Shown: positions 1 to 13,080 of the stretch, piece after piece
Position numbering within the stretch: the first letter of the stretch is position 1
Layout of the letters: the number at the start of each line of letters is the position of its first letter
NCBI GenBank assembly: GCA_964016885.1
Contig: OZ024761.1
Span: 15,748,001-15,812,000, forward strand
Length of the DNA stretch: 64,000 nt
Source of the DNA: Eledone cirrhosa
Lineage: Eukaryota
Direction of reading: 5' to 3'
Program-made: the position numbers and the translations under genes
Notes under the pieces: generated by a model
What the model was told of the DNA's origin: nothing
What the model saw: the letters and a program-made list of their open reading frames with translations, nothing else
Databases searched by the model: none

Positions 1-370
1 TAATATGAAATAAAAAAAAATTAGTTGTAATGTGCGCAATTAGTTGTGTGTGACCCTCGGGGGACCCTCAGTTTGACATGTCTGGTATATAGGATACCTA
101 TTCGGCCTCTAATATAATTTATTCACAGTTGTATAAGTAACATTATAAATTTCTCGCAATTCGTTCAGAAGAAATGTTATTGCCATCAATAATAATGGCA
201 GAGGTCAACTCGTTGAAAATAATTAACGTATCAATACTGAAAGATTAACCAACACACACAAAAGAGCGACAGCAACATATGGTTCAATAAACACTTCAGT
301 TCAAATAAAATCTTCAGTTACCTCCCCTGCTTGGAAGAGCTCTCCACAAACATCCGCTAGCCTCTGTACA

Positions 371-376
371 CACGTG
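371..376. promoter_or_regulatory. E-box CACGTG just upstream of the PES1 ATG (second copy at 555-560)
   Basis: Sits inside the palindrome ACACACGTGTGT; Myc-type E-boxes near the start are common in ribosome-biogenesis genes; function is inferred only. Confidence 0.3.
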
Positions 377-397
377 TGTCAGCTTTTGCAAACGAAA

Positions 398-415
398 ATG
401 CAGAGGGACAGAAAG
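398..415 (+). CDS. PES1: PES1 exon 1 (MQRDRK)
   Basis: ATG at 398, AAG|gtattt donor, phase 0 joins exon 2; short first exon. Confidence 0.75.
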
Positions 416-3400
416 GTATTTGTATTTATTTGAATTATTTGTCGTTTAAACATGTTTATATTTAATATATTTAAATGTTAATGCCAATCTAATGGATATA
501 TATATATATATAAAGATATGATTGTGGATATAAACGAAAGAAAAGAGCAATCAACACGTGTTGGATATTTGTATTTAACAGTTTAAATTAAGTCTGGGAC
601 TACGAGCGATTTCAAGTCGAAAACATCTAATCCACCAGCGGTTAGTCCCAGAGTAATCAAACTGGATGCCATCAGATGAGATTTTGGTTTTTCTTGATTA
701 ACAAATCTGTTGAGTAGATTGGGGCTGGAGTCCTGTCTATAATATTAACATGGATCCCGAACCACTAATCTGAAACGGCCGTAACTAGTTACATACTCAC
801 TATATTCTTGTTAGTCGAACGAAACAGTCGTAAATCTGTTAAATGCTATAATTATAATCCTGGTTAATCATTCGTTATATAAACATATATAAGATCCCGT
901 TAAGGGTGAAAGCAGCGATTCTTTGCTTTAACTTTAATCTGTTATTTTAATAAATATATATTCCTGATGATTTCCTTCGAAGGAAGCAATTTCTATAGTA
1001 AATCTTGTATATACTATATGTATTGAGTACCTTATTTACTGTGGTTACCCCCGATTGGACACGAGACTCACACTATTTTTTTGTGTATTATTATTATTAG
1101 TCTTAGTTCAAATCAAGCCGAAGTTTTAAATGCTTACGGGGTCGATAAAATAAAGTACCAGTAATGCACTGGTATAATTGTTGGCCTTGTGCCAAAAGTA
1201 GAAACAATTATTAATGGATTGGCAGCATCGGTAGAGGGTCGGATGCATGCTATGCAGCATAGAGTTACGGCCCTTTATGATCTGAGTTCAAATCTCGCCG
1301 AGGTTAACTTTGCCTTTCATCCTTACGGGGTCGATAAAATAACGTACCAGTAATACACTGGGATAATTGCTGGCATTGTGCTAAAAGTAGAAACAATTAT
1401 ATATATATATATATATGGAGGCACATGGCTTAGTGGTTAGAGCATTGGCCTTGCAATCGAAAGGTTGTGAGTTCAATTCTCGGACCAGGTGATGTGTTGT
1501 TTCCTTGAGCAAGACACTTTATTTCACATTGCTCCAGTTTACTCAGCTGTAGAAATGAGATGATAGGGACTGGGGCCCTATCATTCCACTGCAAAGTGGT
1601 CGTGGAGGTGCCACGGCAAAAAAGCACCCAGCACTCACTGTAAATGAGGTTGGTGTTAGGAAGGGCATCCAGCTGTAGAAATCAAGCCAGAATCAGTTCC
1701 TGTGCCACCCTTGCAAGCAGGGAAAAGCGGATGTAAAATGATGATGATGATATAGTTTATTTAATGCCACATTTTAATTGTTGTTGTTTATCTGTTTTCA
1801 GTATGAGAAGGGTGAAGCCACCCAGTTTATTACAAGACGGAAAGCAATTCAAAGACTACAGCTTTCTCTGCCAGATTTTAGGTCAGTATTCATCATTCCC
1901 CTCTTTTTTCCTATTCTGACTTGGCTTTCATTTCCTCCTCACTCATTTTTAGCCAAATGACTTAATACAAAACTGCTGGTTTTAAAGTGTTTATATTTAT
2001 CTAAAAAAAAAAAATTCCTTCATAATTTTTATGTAAGAACCTTTGTTACGTTATGCTCCAAACACAAGCTCAACCCTTTGGCATTTAAACCAGCCGTACC
2101 TTTCTTTTCAGACCGGCCATAAATGTCTGCTCATATTGACATTGTGGTACTGTTCTTAAAGTAAATCATATCAAAATCTAATAGATTCAATATAATTATT
2201 TAAGATAAAGCCTCTCACACAAAAATACAATAGTATATACAGAGTAATGTGAAAGTTGGTTATATTGCAAAATCCTTTGAAATTTTCAAAAGTATTTTAA
2301 AATCATGGGCAGTATCTTTCATTAGAAATATGGTAAGTGAAAGGTTAACCTTGTTCCTTTTCTCTTTCTTCCACAGGCGACTATGTATTCTGAAAGGTAT
2401 CTACCCACAAGAACCAAAGAAGAAGAAGGCTGTAGGACATGGCAGCAGAGCTATCCACACTTATTATCATGTGAAGGATATTGCTTTTCTGTCTCATGAA
2501 CCTATCATCAAGAAGTTCAGAGAATTTAAGGTATGTTGTGGGGGGTAGTTTGTGTGTATGAGAATTTAAGGTACATTGTGAAAGTAGTTGTATGTATGTG
2601 TGTGTATGAAAAGATAATATATGAGGATCAGCTGAAAAAATTCATAGGCTGAGTAAGATACTCTCATGGAATATCCTCTTCTGCTTCATCCACTTATTCC
2701 TGGGAGGGTTGTGAGAGCAGAGTCCTCAAACACTCCCTCCAGCGGATCCTGTCAGAAGCAACCATCTCCAACTGATCCGGCTGGATCCCCGAGCGTGACC
2801 ATCCAAGCTCATGGATGTTATCCCACCATCTTGCTCTGGGTCTCCTCAAAACTCAAATGTCTCATTTCTTATGATCATCCATAAAGACAGTTATCCTGGT
2901 ATATATGTTAGTATACATGTAGCTATGTGTATTGTTAACTGTTAGTATCTGTTTGTATTTCTACCTATCTTTATATCTTGCTATGTCTACCTTTGTATGT
3001 GTCTCTATGTCTCTCTAATTCACTTCTTGTTTTGTATTTTGTCCAGCATTACATGCGTCGACTGAAGAGGGTCAAAGAGAAGCGAATAAAAGGAGTTACA
3101 AAAAGAATGAAATACAGCAGACCAACTTACAAACTGGATAATGTAGTGAAAGAACGGTAGAGTACTTCCTATTATTCTGGAATTGAGGGCATTCTTACAG
3201 TCTATTGATATAGTTTATAGTGAATATTCTGTTTAGCTGGCTCCACTGAAACATCAAAAATATTCCCATTGGACTAAATAATGAATTGATTTTTTGAGTG
3301 ACTTTACTGGACCTTTTTTTCTGTTTCTCCATTGTGATCATGTCTCTATTTTGTATGCCTGAAGAAGGGCTTAACCCTGACGAAGTTTCACTTACATGTA

Positions 3401-6400
3401 ATTAGATTTTTATTGTGTATCGACCTGTTTCGCAGAGGATTGGTTCAGAGTCGCCCGTAAAAGTTATGGGCCCAACTCCATCATCGATCTGCTCTTTAGA
3501 CTGGCGATCTGACAAAAAATGTGGTTGGGATTAGGAAGGCATCTGGCTGTAGAAACCATGCTTCCAGTTCACGCTGTAAAATGGTTGGCATTAGGAAGGC
3601 ATCCAGCTGTAATAGCCATGCTCCCGGAATATTCTGTCAAGTGGTTGGCATTAGGAAGGGCATCCAGTTGTAGAAACCAAACCAAAATGAAACCCATGAA
3701 CAAAGCATGATCATCTAAGCAGACTGGTTAGAGAATGTAACAGACAACCTGTCCGACCCATGCAAGATGTTAAACTGTGATGATAATGGTTATGGTTGTG
3801 GTGGTGATTTAGATTGTGTGAAGACTAATCAGTGTTTTTTTTTTTTTTTCAGTTACCCCACATTTACTGATGCCTTGGCTGATTTAGATGACTGCCTCTC
3901 ACTGTTGTTCCTCTTTGCCACGTTTCCTAAGATGCAGCGTATTAAGATCCATCGCATTAGACTCTGTCGCAGACTTACAGGTATGATATGGACGGAGTAG
4001 CAGAGGACTTTGCCATGGTGGGGGTGGTTTTGTTTCATAGAACCAGAGCCATTATAGAAGGGATGGGAGAGGACTTAGCCTGGTGGGGTGGTTTTATTTC
4101 ATAGAACTAGGACCACTATAGAAGGGGAAGGTGAAGACTTGGTTGGTGGGTTGGTTTATTTCATAGAACCAGGACCACTATAGAAGGGGTGGGTGAGGAC
4201 TTGGCTGGTAGGGTAATTTTATTTCATAGTACCAAAGCCATTATGAAAGGGATAAGAGAGGATTTTGTTGGGGGAGGTTTTATTTTATCAAGCTAGGGCC
4301 ACTTAGTAAAAGGGTTTTCCTGGAGGGTGGGGTTTGTTTCAGCATGGCCACAGTCTGGTGAAAGATATCAGTAAAATAATTAGCAGTTTTTAATATTAAA
4401 AATATATTTGATTTTTCTATTCCCTTTTTTTTTTCTCTTTTTCCAGTGGAATTCATGCATTATATAATAGCTTCAAAGTCTTTGAGAAAGGTTCGTATAC
4501 AGTTTATGATTTCACTTTATAAAAAGTGTTAGTTTGTGTTTGTGTAACACTTAACATCCTATAATGATTTAGTATGTATGGACTCTGAACTCCCTCATGG
4601 GGGAGTTGTACGGGGGCAACGTATTGAGATGCAACATTTAATAATTGTTTCTACTTTTGGCACAAGGCCAGCAATTACCCAGTATATTACTGGTACTTTA
4701 TTTTATCGACCCCCGTAAGGATGAAAGGTGAAGTTAACCTCGGCAGCATTTAATAATAATTTGAATTATTGTGTACAGTGTTCGGGTGCACTACAACTGA
4801 TCAAAGGTGCATAGAATAATGTACAATAGTTATTTCACGTTGCTCCTTCTGCCAGGAGTTGCAACTGGTAGATAGTATCAGCAATGGAAACATTGTTTCC
4901 TTGGTCCGATTTAATGAGGCCCATCCCACTCGGCAGGTGAATGAGGTCTGGGATCTTATCTATCGATCGATCAGAGAAATTCAAAATGCTGTTTCTTTAC
5001 TAGTGGCTAGATTGTTGTGAACATTTTGAATGTGAAACAGTCATTGTAGGTGTTTTGTGCTTTTCATGAATGTCTTACTAATGTGGTTTCATGTGGTACA
5101 GGACGTTAATAGTTGTTTTTCTTCTTTGCAGGTGTTTATCTCAATTAAAGGTATTTACTTCCAGGCTGACATTCAAGGAAATAAGGTCAACTGGGTCATT
5201 CCTCATGCTGTGGCCAACAATGTAAGTTATTTCTACTATTATGAGGAGGGTCTGGCCAGTTGGCTGCACCATGCCTTGCTCATAGCAGGGCTGGATTTTT
5301 GCGGTTGCTGGATGCCCTTCCTAACACCAACTCTGTTTACAGTGTGGCACTGGGTGGTCCCGGTATCAGGCGGGTCTGGCCAGTTCGCTGCTCTGTACCT
5401 TGCTCATAATGGGACCGCATTTTGGCTGGGGTTTTTTTTTGCAGTTGTTGGGTGCCCTTCCTAAAACCAACTATGCTTATAGTGTGGAACTGAGATATTT
5501 TAAAAAGTAGTTCTCTCATTTGGTGTTATGGTTGGCACCTGTTATTGTATTCTTGTGCTAGTTTCAGTCATTTGACTATGGCATCACACTGAAGGGATTT
5601 AGTCGAACAGATAGACGTTAAACGATGATGATGATGATGATCCCCCTCCCCGTTTATCACTGCCAGTACTTATTATTTTCAAGCCTGGTATTTATTTTAT
5701 CATTCTCTTTTGGTCAAACCATTAAGTCATTAAGTTACAGGACATAAGCAGATAAACACACACATATATATATATATATATTTCATCATCATTTCATTTT
5801 ACGTCCGCCTTTTCCCTGCTTGCAAGGGTGGGACGGGAACTGATTCTGGCTTGATTTCTACAGCTGGATGCCCTTCCTAACACCAACCTCATTTACAGTG
5901 AGTGCTGGGTGCGTTTTTGTCGTGGCACCTCCACGACCACTTTGCAGTGGAATGATATGAACCCCAGTCCCTATCATCTCATTTCTACAGCTGAGTAAAC
6001 TGGAGCAATGTGAAATAAAGTGTCTTGCTCAAGGAAACAACACATCACCCGGTCTGAGAATTGAACTCACAACCTTTCGATTGCAAGGCCAATGCTCTAA
6101 CCACTAAGCCATATATATATATATATATATAGTTTACAATAGGAATACTGCATCCCTGCAGGCAACTAAAAGGGTTAGTTTCAGGAAGGGCTTTTGGCTG
6201 TAAAAAAAATTGCCTCAAAATGTCCTGTTCAACCCATGCCAGCATGGAAAGATCAATGTAAAAACAATGGTGAGATAATAAATATAGATATGTGTGTTTG
6301 TCCAAAATCTATGGCCTAGAAAGAGAACTACTTAACCACAGGGTCATGCTGGTGCCTTATAAATAACAAATCTTTAATAATCTGCTATGTCCTTCGTTAA

Positions 6401-9400
6401 TTACTGGGTATATTAAACTATTTCCTTTCCTATGACAGTATGCCACAGATGTTGACTACAAAATAATGGAAACCTTCATTGAGTTCTATAACACATTCAT
6501 GGGATTCACAAACTATCGTCTCTTCAATTCTGTCAATTTGTATTATCCCCCCCAGGTAAGATTACAGCTCTTTATTTACATCATTACTACCTTCATTAAC
6601 TGGGTTTGCTTTTGTTTTGGGGGAGGTGGTGTTCTCTTATTGTTTAGACCATTTTTATACCAATCTACCCCTGCTTTTATTATATAAACCTGTTTATTTT
6701 ACTTTAATTTATGTCAGATACTTTTACTTAACCCTTTAGCATTTAAACCGACCGTATCCTGCCAGAACTCTCTCACCACTTTCTGTTCAAACCGGCTGTA
6801 ACTGGCTGCTCATACCTACATTAAAATATTGTTCTCAAAATAAATATCAAAATCTCATAAATTCGATATTATGTGAGGTAAAGCCTTTACCTTGAAAATA
6901 TAATAGTAAATATAGAGTAATGTAAATGCTAAAGGGTTACGGTAAGAGTCTTATATAAAACTATGTTGGGAGATTTTAATTTAAATTGGAAACTTTTAAA
7001 ATGGGTGACTTTATTTCATAGAATCAGAGCCAGATTTGGCTAGATACGTAACTAAAGGGTTAAACATTACTTCACAAATCTATTTGTTCTATGAGGACAA
7101 ATGTAAACTCTCTCACACTCACTCTCCTCTGTCTATACACAGTTAAACGTTGGAAACAGTAGTCAGCGACCTGCTGTCAAAGAGAATGATTGTGAAGAAA
7201 GTGACCTTTATGAAGAGGTAAGTGATAAATAGATTTGTTATTTTTTTACTGGTTTTTCACTGAGTGGGATGTGGCCATGCTGGAGCAGCACATTCAGGGG
7301 ACTTAGTTTAATATTATTAACCTCAGTATTTATTTTATTAGGCATTTCTTAAAGAAATGGCTGGCATATACAATGCTGCTGTTGTTTTTTTTTTTTTGAC
7401 TGGTGTTAACATATATATAGGCATGAAAAAAAATGTCCAAACCATCTTGTAAAGTGGTCTAAAAGGTGCCACAACAAAAAGCACTCGGTCCTCTCTGTAA
7501 AATGCTGGTGCCTTGACAGAAAACACCCAGTTGACTTTGTAAGTGCATTTTATTGTGGCATTAACATTAGAGAAGTTATCATGTCTGACAAAGCTATGTG
7601 CAGATGTGTGTGTATTTAACTAAAGTGTAACGTATGTTACGAATGGACGACTAAATGATTTTAACTTGTTTTTTAACAATTGATGGCGGAAAAGATTTCA
7701 AATTGTCTTAACTAGGGTTGCATCTCATGGTATCTGGCACTCTTACCGGCTACATAGCCTTTTCTTTTAATATTACTCTTTCTCTTTTATAGCAACTGGC
7801 TGCCATGACCCAGCAATTAAAGAAACATGGTGACAATGTTGATGAAGAAATTGATGAATTTCCTGTTGTTAATGTATGTTGTCAGCTTTTTTAATTACTT
7901 CTCTGTTCATTTCAATACCGAACTGTTTGTAACCACTCCTGCACTCCTGGTTCTCTATATATAACTGCTTATTTCTAAGTGTTTATATTTATTTAAATAT
8001 GTATGTATGGATTCATAACTCCTAACGGAGTCGTAGGGGTGCTTTAAACCACCAGGTCGAGCCCATCCCCTGTCCAGGTCTGAAGTAGCCGATTATTTCT
8101 TCCAGAAGAGGAAAGAGAGAAGAAATGAGAAAGATATATATATATATAGAGAGTGTGTGGGGGGGTCAACTCAATACTGGCCAGGTACCTTTTAAATGAC
8201 TTTGAAAAGGATGTAAGGTAAAATTGACCTCAGTGGGATTTGAACTCACAACACAGAACGCTGGAGCAGCATAAAGCAATCTATTTAATGTTCTAACAAC
8301 TCTGCTAATTCGCCGCCTTCATCATCCTTTTATGTCCTTACACACACATATATATATATATCTGGACCGGGCGATGCGTTATGTCCTTGAGCAAGACACT
8401 TTATTTCACGTTGCGACTGATAGTATTAGCAATTGGAAAGACCAACGGAAACGTTTCTTCAATCCGATTTGAATATGTGTGTAATGGTCTGTGTGTGTTT
8501 ATGTGTATAAATTAAGACTATTTTAAGAAACAGTGAATATGAGATCATTCTGTTAGTCTCGATTCTTAAGAACTGACATCTCGTTTCTCCAGCCTCGAGG
8601 CAATGGGCCGCCATGCTCTTCAATCTTTCTCTGGTTCCAGCAAGGGTTGATGTGCTTGAAGCCAGTTTGTGACACACCTGCATAGGTCATCTTTCAGGGT
8701 GGATCTCCAGATCTTCTTTGGTTTTTTCCCCACCAACTGGTAACCGTGACATTGCAGTTCCTGCTGGTATATTGTCTTACGAACTACACAGCCTGTAGTG
8801 TCTTTGGATTCACCGATTCTATCAAGAAACAATAAATATGAGCTCATTCTGTCTGTTACAAACTACTACTGGCTCTTCCAGCATGTCTCCCTCGCCATCC
8901 TCTTGAGAAACGCCTTCTCTATTCTGTTCGCTGGGGCCGTGGGGCAGCCAGCTCATGGGCTTCCATTTGCTCATAATAGTGAGAGATGGGAAGAGACGGA
9001 GACAGTGACAGTGGGAGTTTGGTTCTTTTCTGTTCAGACCTGCTGTATATGTATATGTTTCATGGACACACACTCATGCATCTAGAATGAACTGATGACA
9101 AGGGCAAGTTGAACCGTTCAATAGATTTCTTTTCATTGATATTATGAAAACTACTTTACTTAATTGAGCAGCCTATATTTGTCTTTGAATTCACTGATTG
9201 TATTAACAGACAGTAAATATAAGTTAATTCTGTCTGTTAGTCTTGATTCTTATGAACTACACAGCCTATATTGTCTTTGAATTCACTGATTGTATTAACA
9301 GACAGTAAATATAAGTTAATTCTGTCCGTTAGTCTTGATTCTTATGAACTACACAGCCTATATTTGTCTTTGAATTCACTAATTGTATTAACAGACAGTA

Positions 9401-12400
9401 AATATAAGTTAATTCTGTCTGTTAGTCTTGATTCTTATGAACTACACAGCCTATATTTGTCTTTGAATTCACTGATTCACCAATTCTATTTCAACTTTAG
9501 CCTGATAACCCAGATGAAGTCGAAATGGCCAAAATAGAATACAAAAATCTGCTGAGATTTCAAAATCTGTTTAAAGGCTTCAAATTCTTTCTCAATCGTG
9601 AAGTTCCTAGAGAATACATGGTGTTTATTATTCGGTAAGTAATAGTTATTTTATGTAAGAACCTTTGTTAAGTTATGTTCCAAACATTAGCTTAATAATG
9701 AGGAAGTTAATTACATTTCTAAATCCCTTCAAATCCTTGATTAGTTTGGAAATTATTTGAAAATCATAGAATGGCTTTCATTAAAAAAGGGGTTTAAAAT
9801 AAACAGCTTAGAATAATAGAGCTGTGGTGGTTTCAGGTAGTTTGGTATTAAAACGGTTAACCCTTTTGATAGCAAACCGCCTGAAATAGGCCTCAATTTA
9901 TGATACAAAATTGCTTGTTTTAAAATGCTTATCCTTACATGAAGACTTTTTATCCTAATTTTGTTAACCTTTTAGCATTTACATTACTCTATATTTACTA
10001 TTATATTTTCACTGTAAAGGGGCTTTACCTCACATAACATTGAATCTATGAGATCTTGAGAACAATACCTTAACATCAGTATGAGTGGCCAGTTACGGCC
10101 GGTTTAAATGCTAAATACCCCCAATAGGTAGTGTATATTTAGTTCAGAAATACAGAATTGGAAGGGGTTAATCAATTTTTTTTTTTTTACTGATATTGTT
10201 TTTTTTATTTTATTTTCTCAGATCTTTTGGAGGTGAAGCTTCTTGGTCAAGTACTGGTAGTCTAGGCTACACTTATCAAGAAGACGATGAAACCATTAGC
10301 CATCAGATTGTTGATCGTCCAAAACAGGAGACCAAATATTTATCACGGTATGTTTAACCCTTTAGTATTTACATTACTATGTATTTACTATTGATTTTCG
10401 TAGTAAATGTCGAATCTATGAGATTTTGAGAACGATGCCCTAATTAGAATGATGGATAGAATGCTTTAAAGTATTAGTTCTGGTTTTCAGCCTCGTCTGA
10501 GTTCAAATTCTGTCAAAGTCAACTTTGCTTTTCATCTTTCAGGGTCAATAAAAAAATAAGTACAAGTCCAATACTAGGATCGATTCTTCCTAAACATCTA
10601 TTTCTCATTTCCACTCTCTCGAAGAAGAAGAAATTGACTGTGTCCAAACCTGGAGAGAGGATGGGCTCTGCCAAGTTTTAAAATGCCAGACACTGCATAT
10701 TATGCCATTCTGAGTTCAAATCCTGCTGAAGTTAACTTTGCCTTTCATCCTTACGGGGTCAATAAAATAAAGTACCAGTAATACACTGGGGTAATAGCTG
10801 GCCTTGTGCCAAAAGTAGAAACAATTATTATAGTTTTCCTACAACTCCATCATCAGAAGTTATGTGCCCTTACATATATGTACATACAAACACAATAAAA
10901 GTTTTAAAGCTGTCTTCCCTGCTCAAGCCATTACCAGATTTCTAATGAAACACTGCATGTTAATTTTGAAAATAACCAAACATTTGTAGGGATGTAACTA
11001 AATAACTAAACTTTTCATTTTTTTTTTTCTAAAATAAAATTCTGATGAAAGGCACCAACCTTTCTAGACTGTTCTGATGATAATTTAACTCCCATTTCAG
11101 TTACTATGTCCAACCACAGTGGGTATTTGACAGTGTGAATGCCCAGAAACTTCTCCCTGTTGAGGACTATTTCCCAGGGGTATTGCTACCACCACATTTA
11201 TCACCATTTGTTGTTGAGGAAGATGGAGAATACATACCTCCAGAAAAATTGGCCCAGATACTCGAAGGGAAAGGTATGTATGCTTGCCAGTTTTTTTTTT
11301 CTTTTTCATCATTATCACCATTCAATGTCGGTTTTCCACACTAGCATGGGTTAGACAAGCTAGTTTAGATGACTGTGTCTTGCTCATACAGAACTGATTT
11401 TGGCTTGGTTTCTACAGCTGGATGCCCTTCCTAATGCCAACCATATTTACAGTGTGGGTTGGGCTCTTTTTATCATGACACCTACACGACCACTTTACAG
11501 CGTGGACTGGATGCTTTTTGTCATGGCACCTACATGACCACTTTATAGTATTTTTTTTTTTAACTTGTTTGTAGTGTTGCTTTGTTTCTTTTAAATGGAT
11601 GATACATGGTGGGGTTTCATTGAAAATATAGTTTACGTAGATGGTCTTTGGCTGCAAACAAACACCTTTTAGGATAGTACAATCCATATCAGTACTCCTT
11701 GAATGTCGAAGTTGCAGTGGTAGTTTCGACCGAGGAAATATTAGGACAGGTGTGTCTTATATTTCATAAAAGCTGATACTGTATCAGCTTGCGATACTCG
11801 ACCTGTCAGGAAATGAAGCCTGGGTTTGGCATTGATTTCACAGTTTGTCTTTGAAGAAACTATTGTTGCAAGTTGTGTAGTACAATGTTTCTCATAGAGA
11901 AGCTCGTGCCCCAACAGTAGGACATTACAATATTTTGGGACTTCAGAATGGGGCTTTTATACTGTTATATACTTACTGAAATAATTGCTTTACTCTTGGT
12001 TTCCCCCCCTTCATTATCAGAAGATGGAGAAGAAGAAGAAGAAGAAGAAGCAGAAGAGGAGGAAATTGATGACGATGATGATGATGAAAAGGATATCAGT
12101 GATTCCTCGGAGACTGAAAATAAAATCATTGTTAAAGAAAATGGAACTGCCCCACCTGCCAAGAAGAAACGTAAGCTAACATCTTTTGTTTCTATTTCAA
12201 TGAGTATCAGCTAGATAGATATTAACCATTGTATATATATATATATATATCTGTGTGTGAAGGTGCATGGCTTAGTCGTTAGAGCATTGGGCTTACAATC
12301 CTGAGGCTGTGAGTTTGATTCTCAGACCGGGCTTTGCATTGTGTTCTTGAGCAAAACACTTTATATCACATTGCTCCAGTTCACTCAGCTGTAGAAATGA

Positions 12401-13032
12401 GTTTACCCTGCTATGGGTTAAATAGCCTCACCAACCTGCAATTGGCCAAGCGTGGTGAGTATGGCTACACCCCTGACATGACCAAAACTAAAAGAAACAA
12501 TGGAGGTCAATCAGGGAGAGTTTCTTCCGATAGGAGTGAAAAGGCCCTGGATTGAATATATATATATATACACACGCACGTGGATCAATTGAAAAGTTCA
12601 TAGGCTGACCAAATTAGGTTTATTTTTCAACATAGTCCCTAGAAAGGAAAAAATGCAGTTGTTAATAAAAAGAGTTGGAATTAATGCACACCAAATTTCA
12701 CAGCTCTAGCATCACTCCTTCATAGTCTATGAACCTATCAACCTACCCATATATGTTTGTGTATATATATATTTATATAAAGTTATATCTGTATAAATAC
12801 AGAGTGTATAACCAAAACTTCAAAATGTATATATAAATATACAAATTTCCCCGTAAATTGATAAACACCTTTAATTGATTTTCGGATCTAATTGGATCCT
12901 CATCAGAAGGTGTATATATCATCCAATCAACCACGAGGATACATGTATTTGATAGGTATGTATATATACCCATTTACTCTTAGTATTATTCCGAAATGGA
13001 ATACTAATTTGCCTATAATTAACGCTCATGTC

Positions 13033-13080
<48 letters not shown>

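Noticed and set aside
1417-1490. tRNA genes at SINE heads
   Set aside because: A and B boxes are present but run into SINE bodies; no clean cloverleaf or oligo-T terminator
3358-3395. CTGAAGA-AGGG cttaa CCCT-GACG hammerhead-like motif
   Set aside because: GAAA core is replaced and stems I and III cannot be formed
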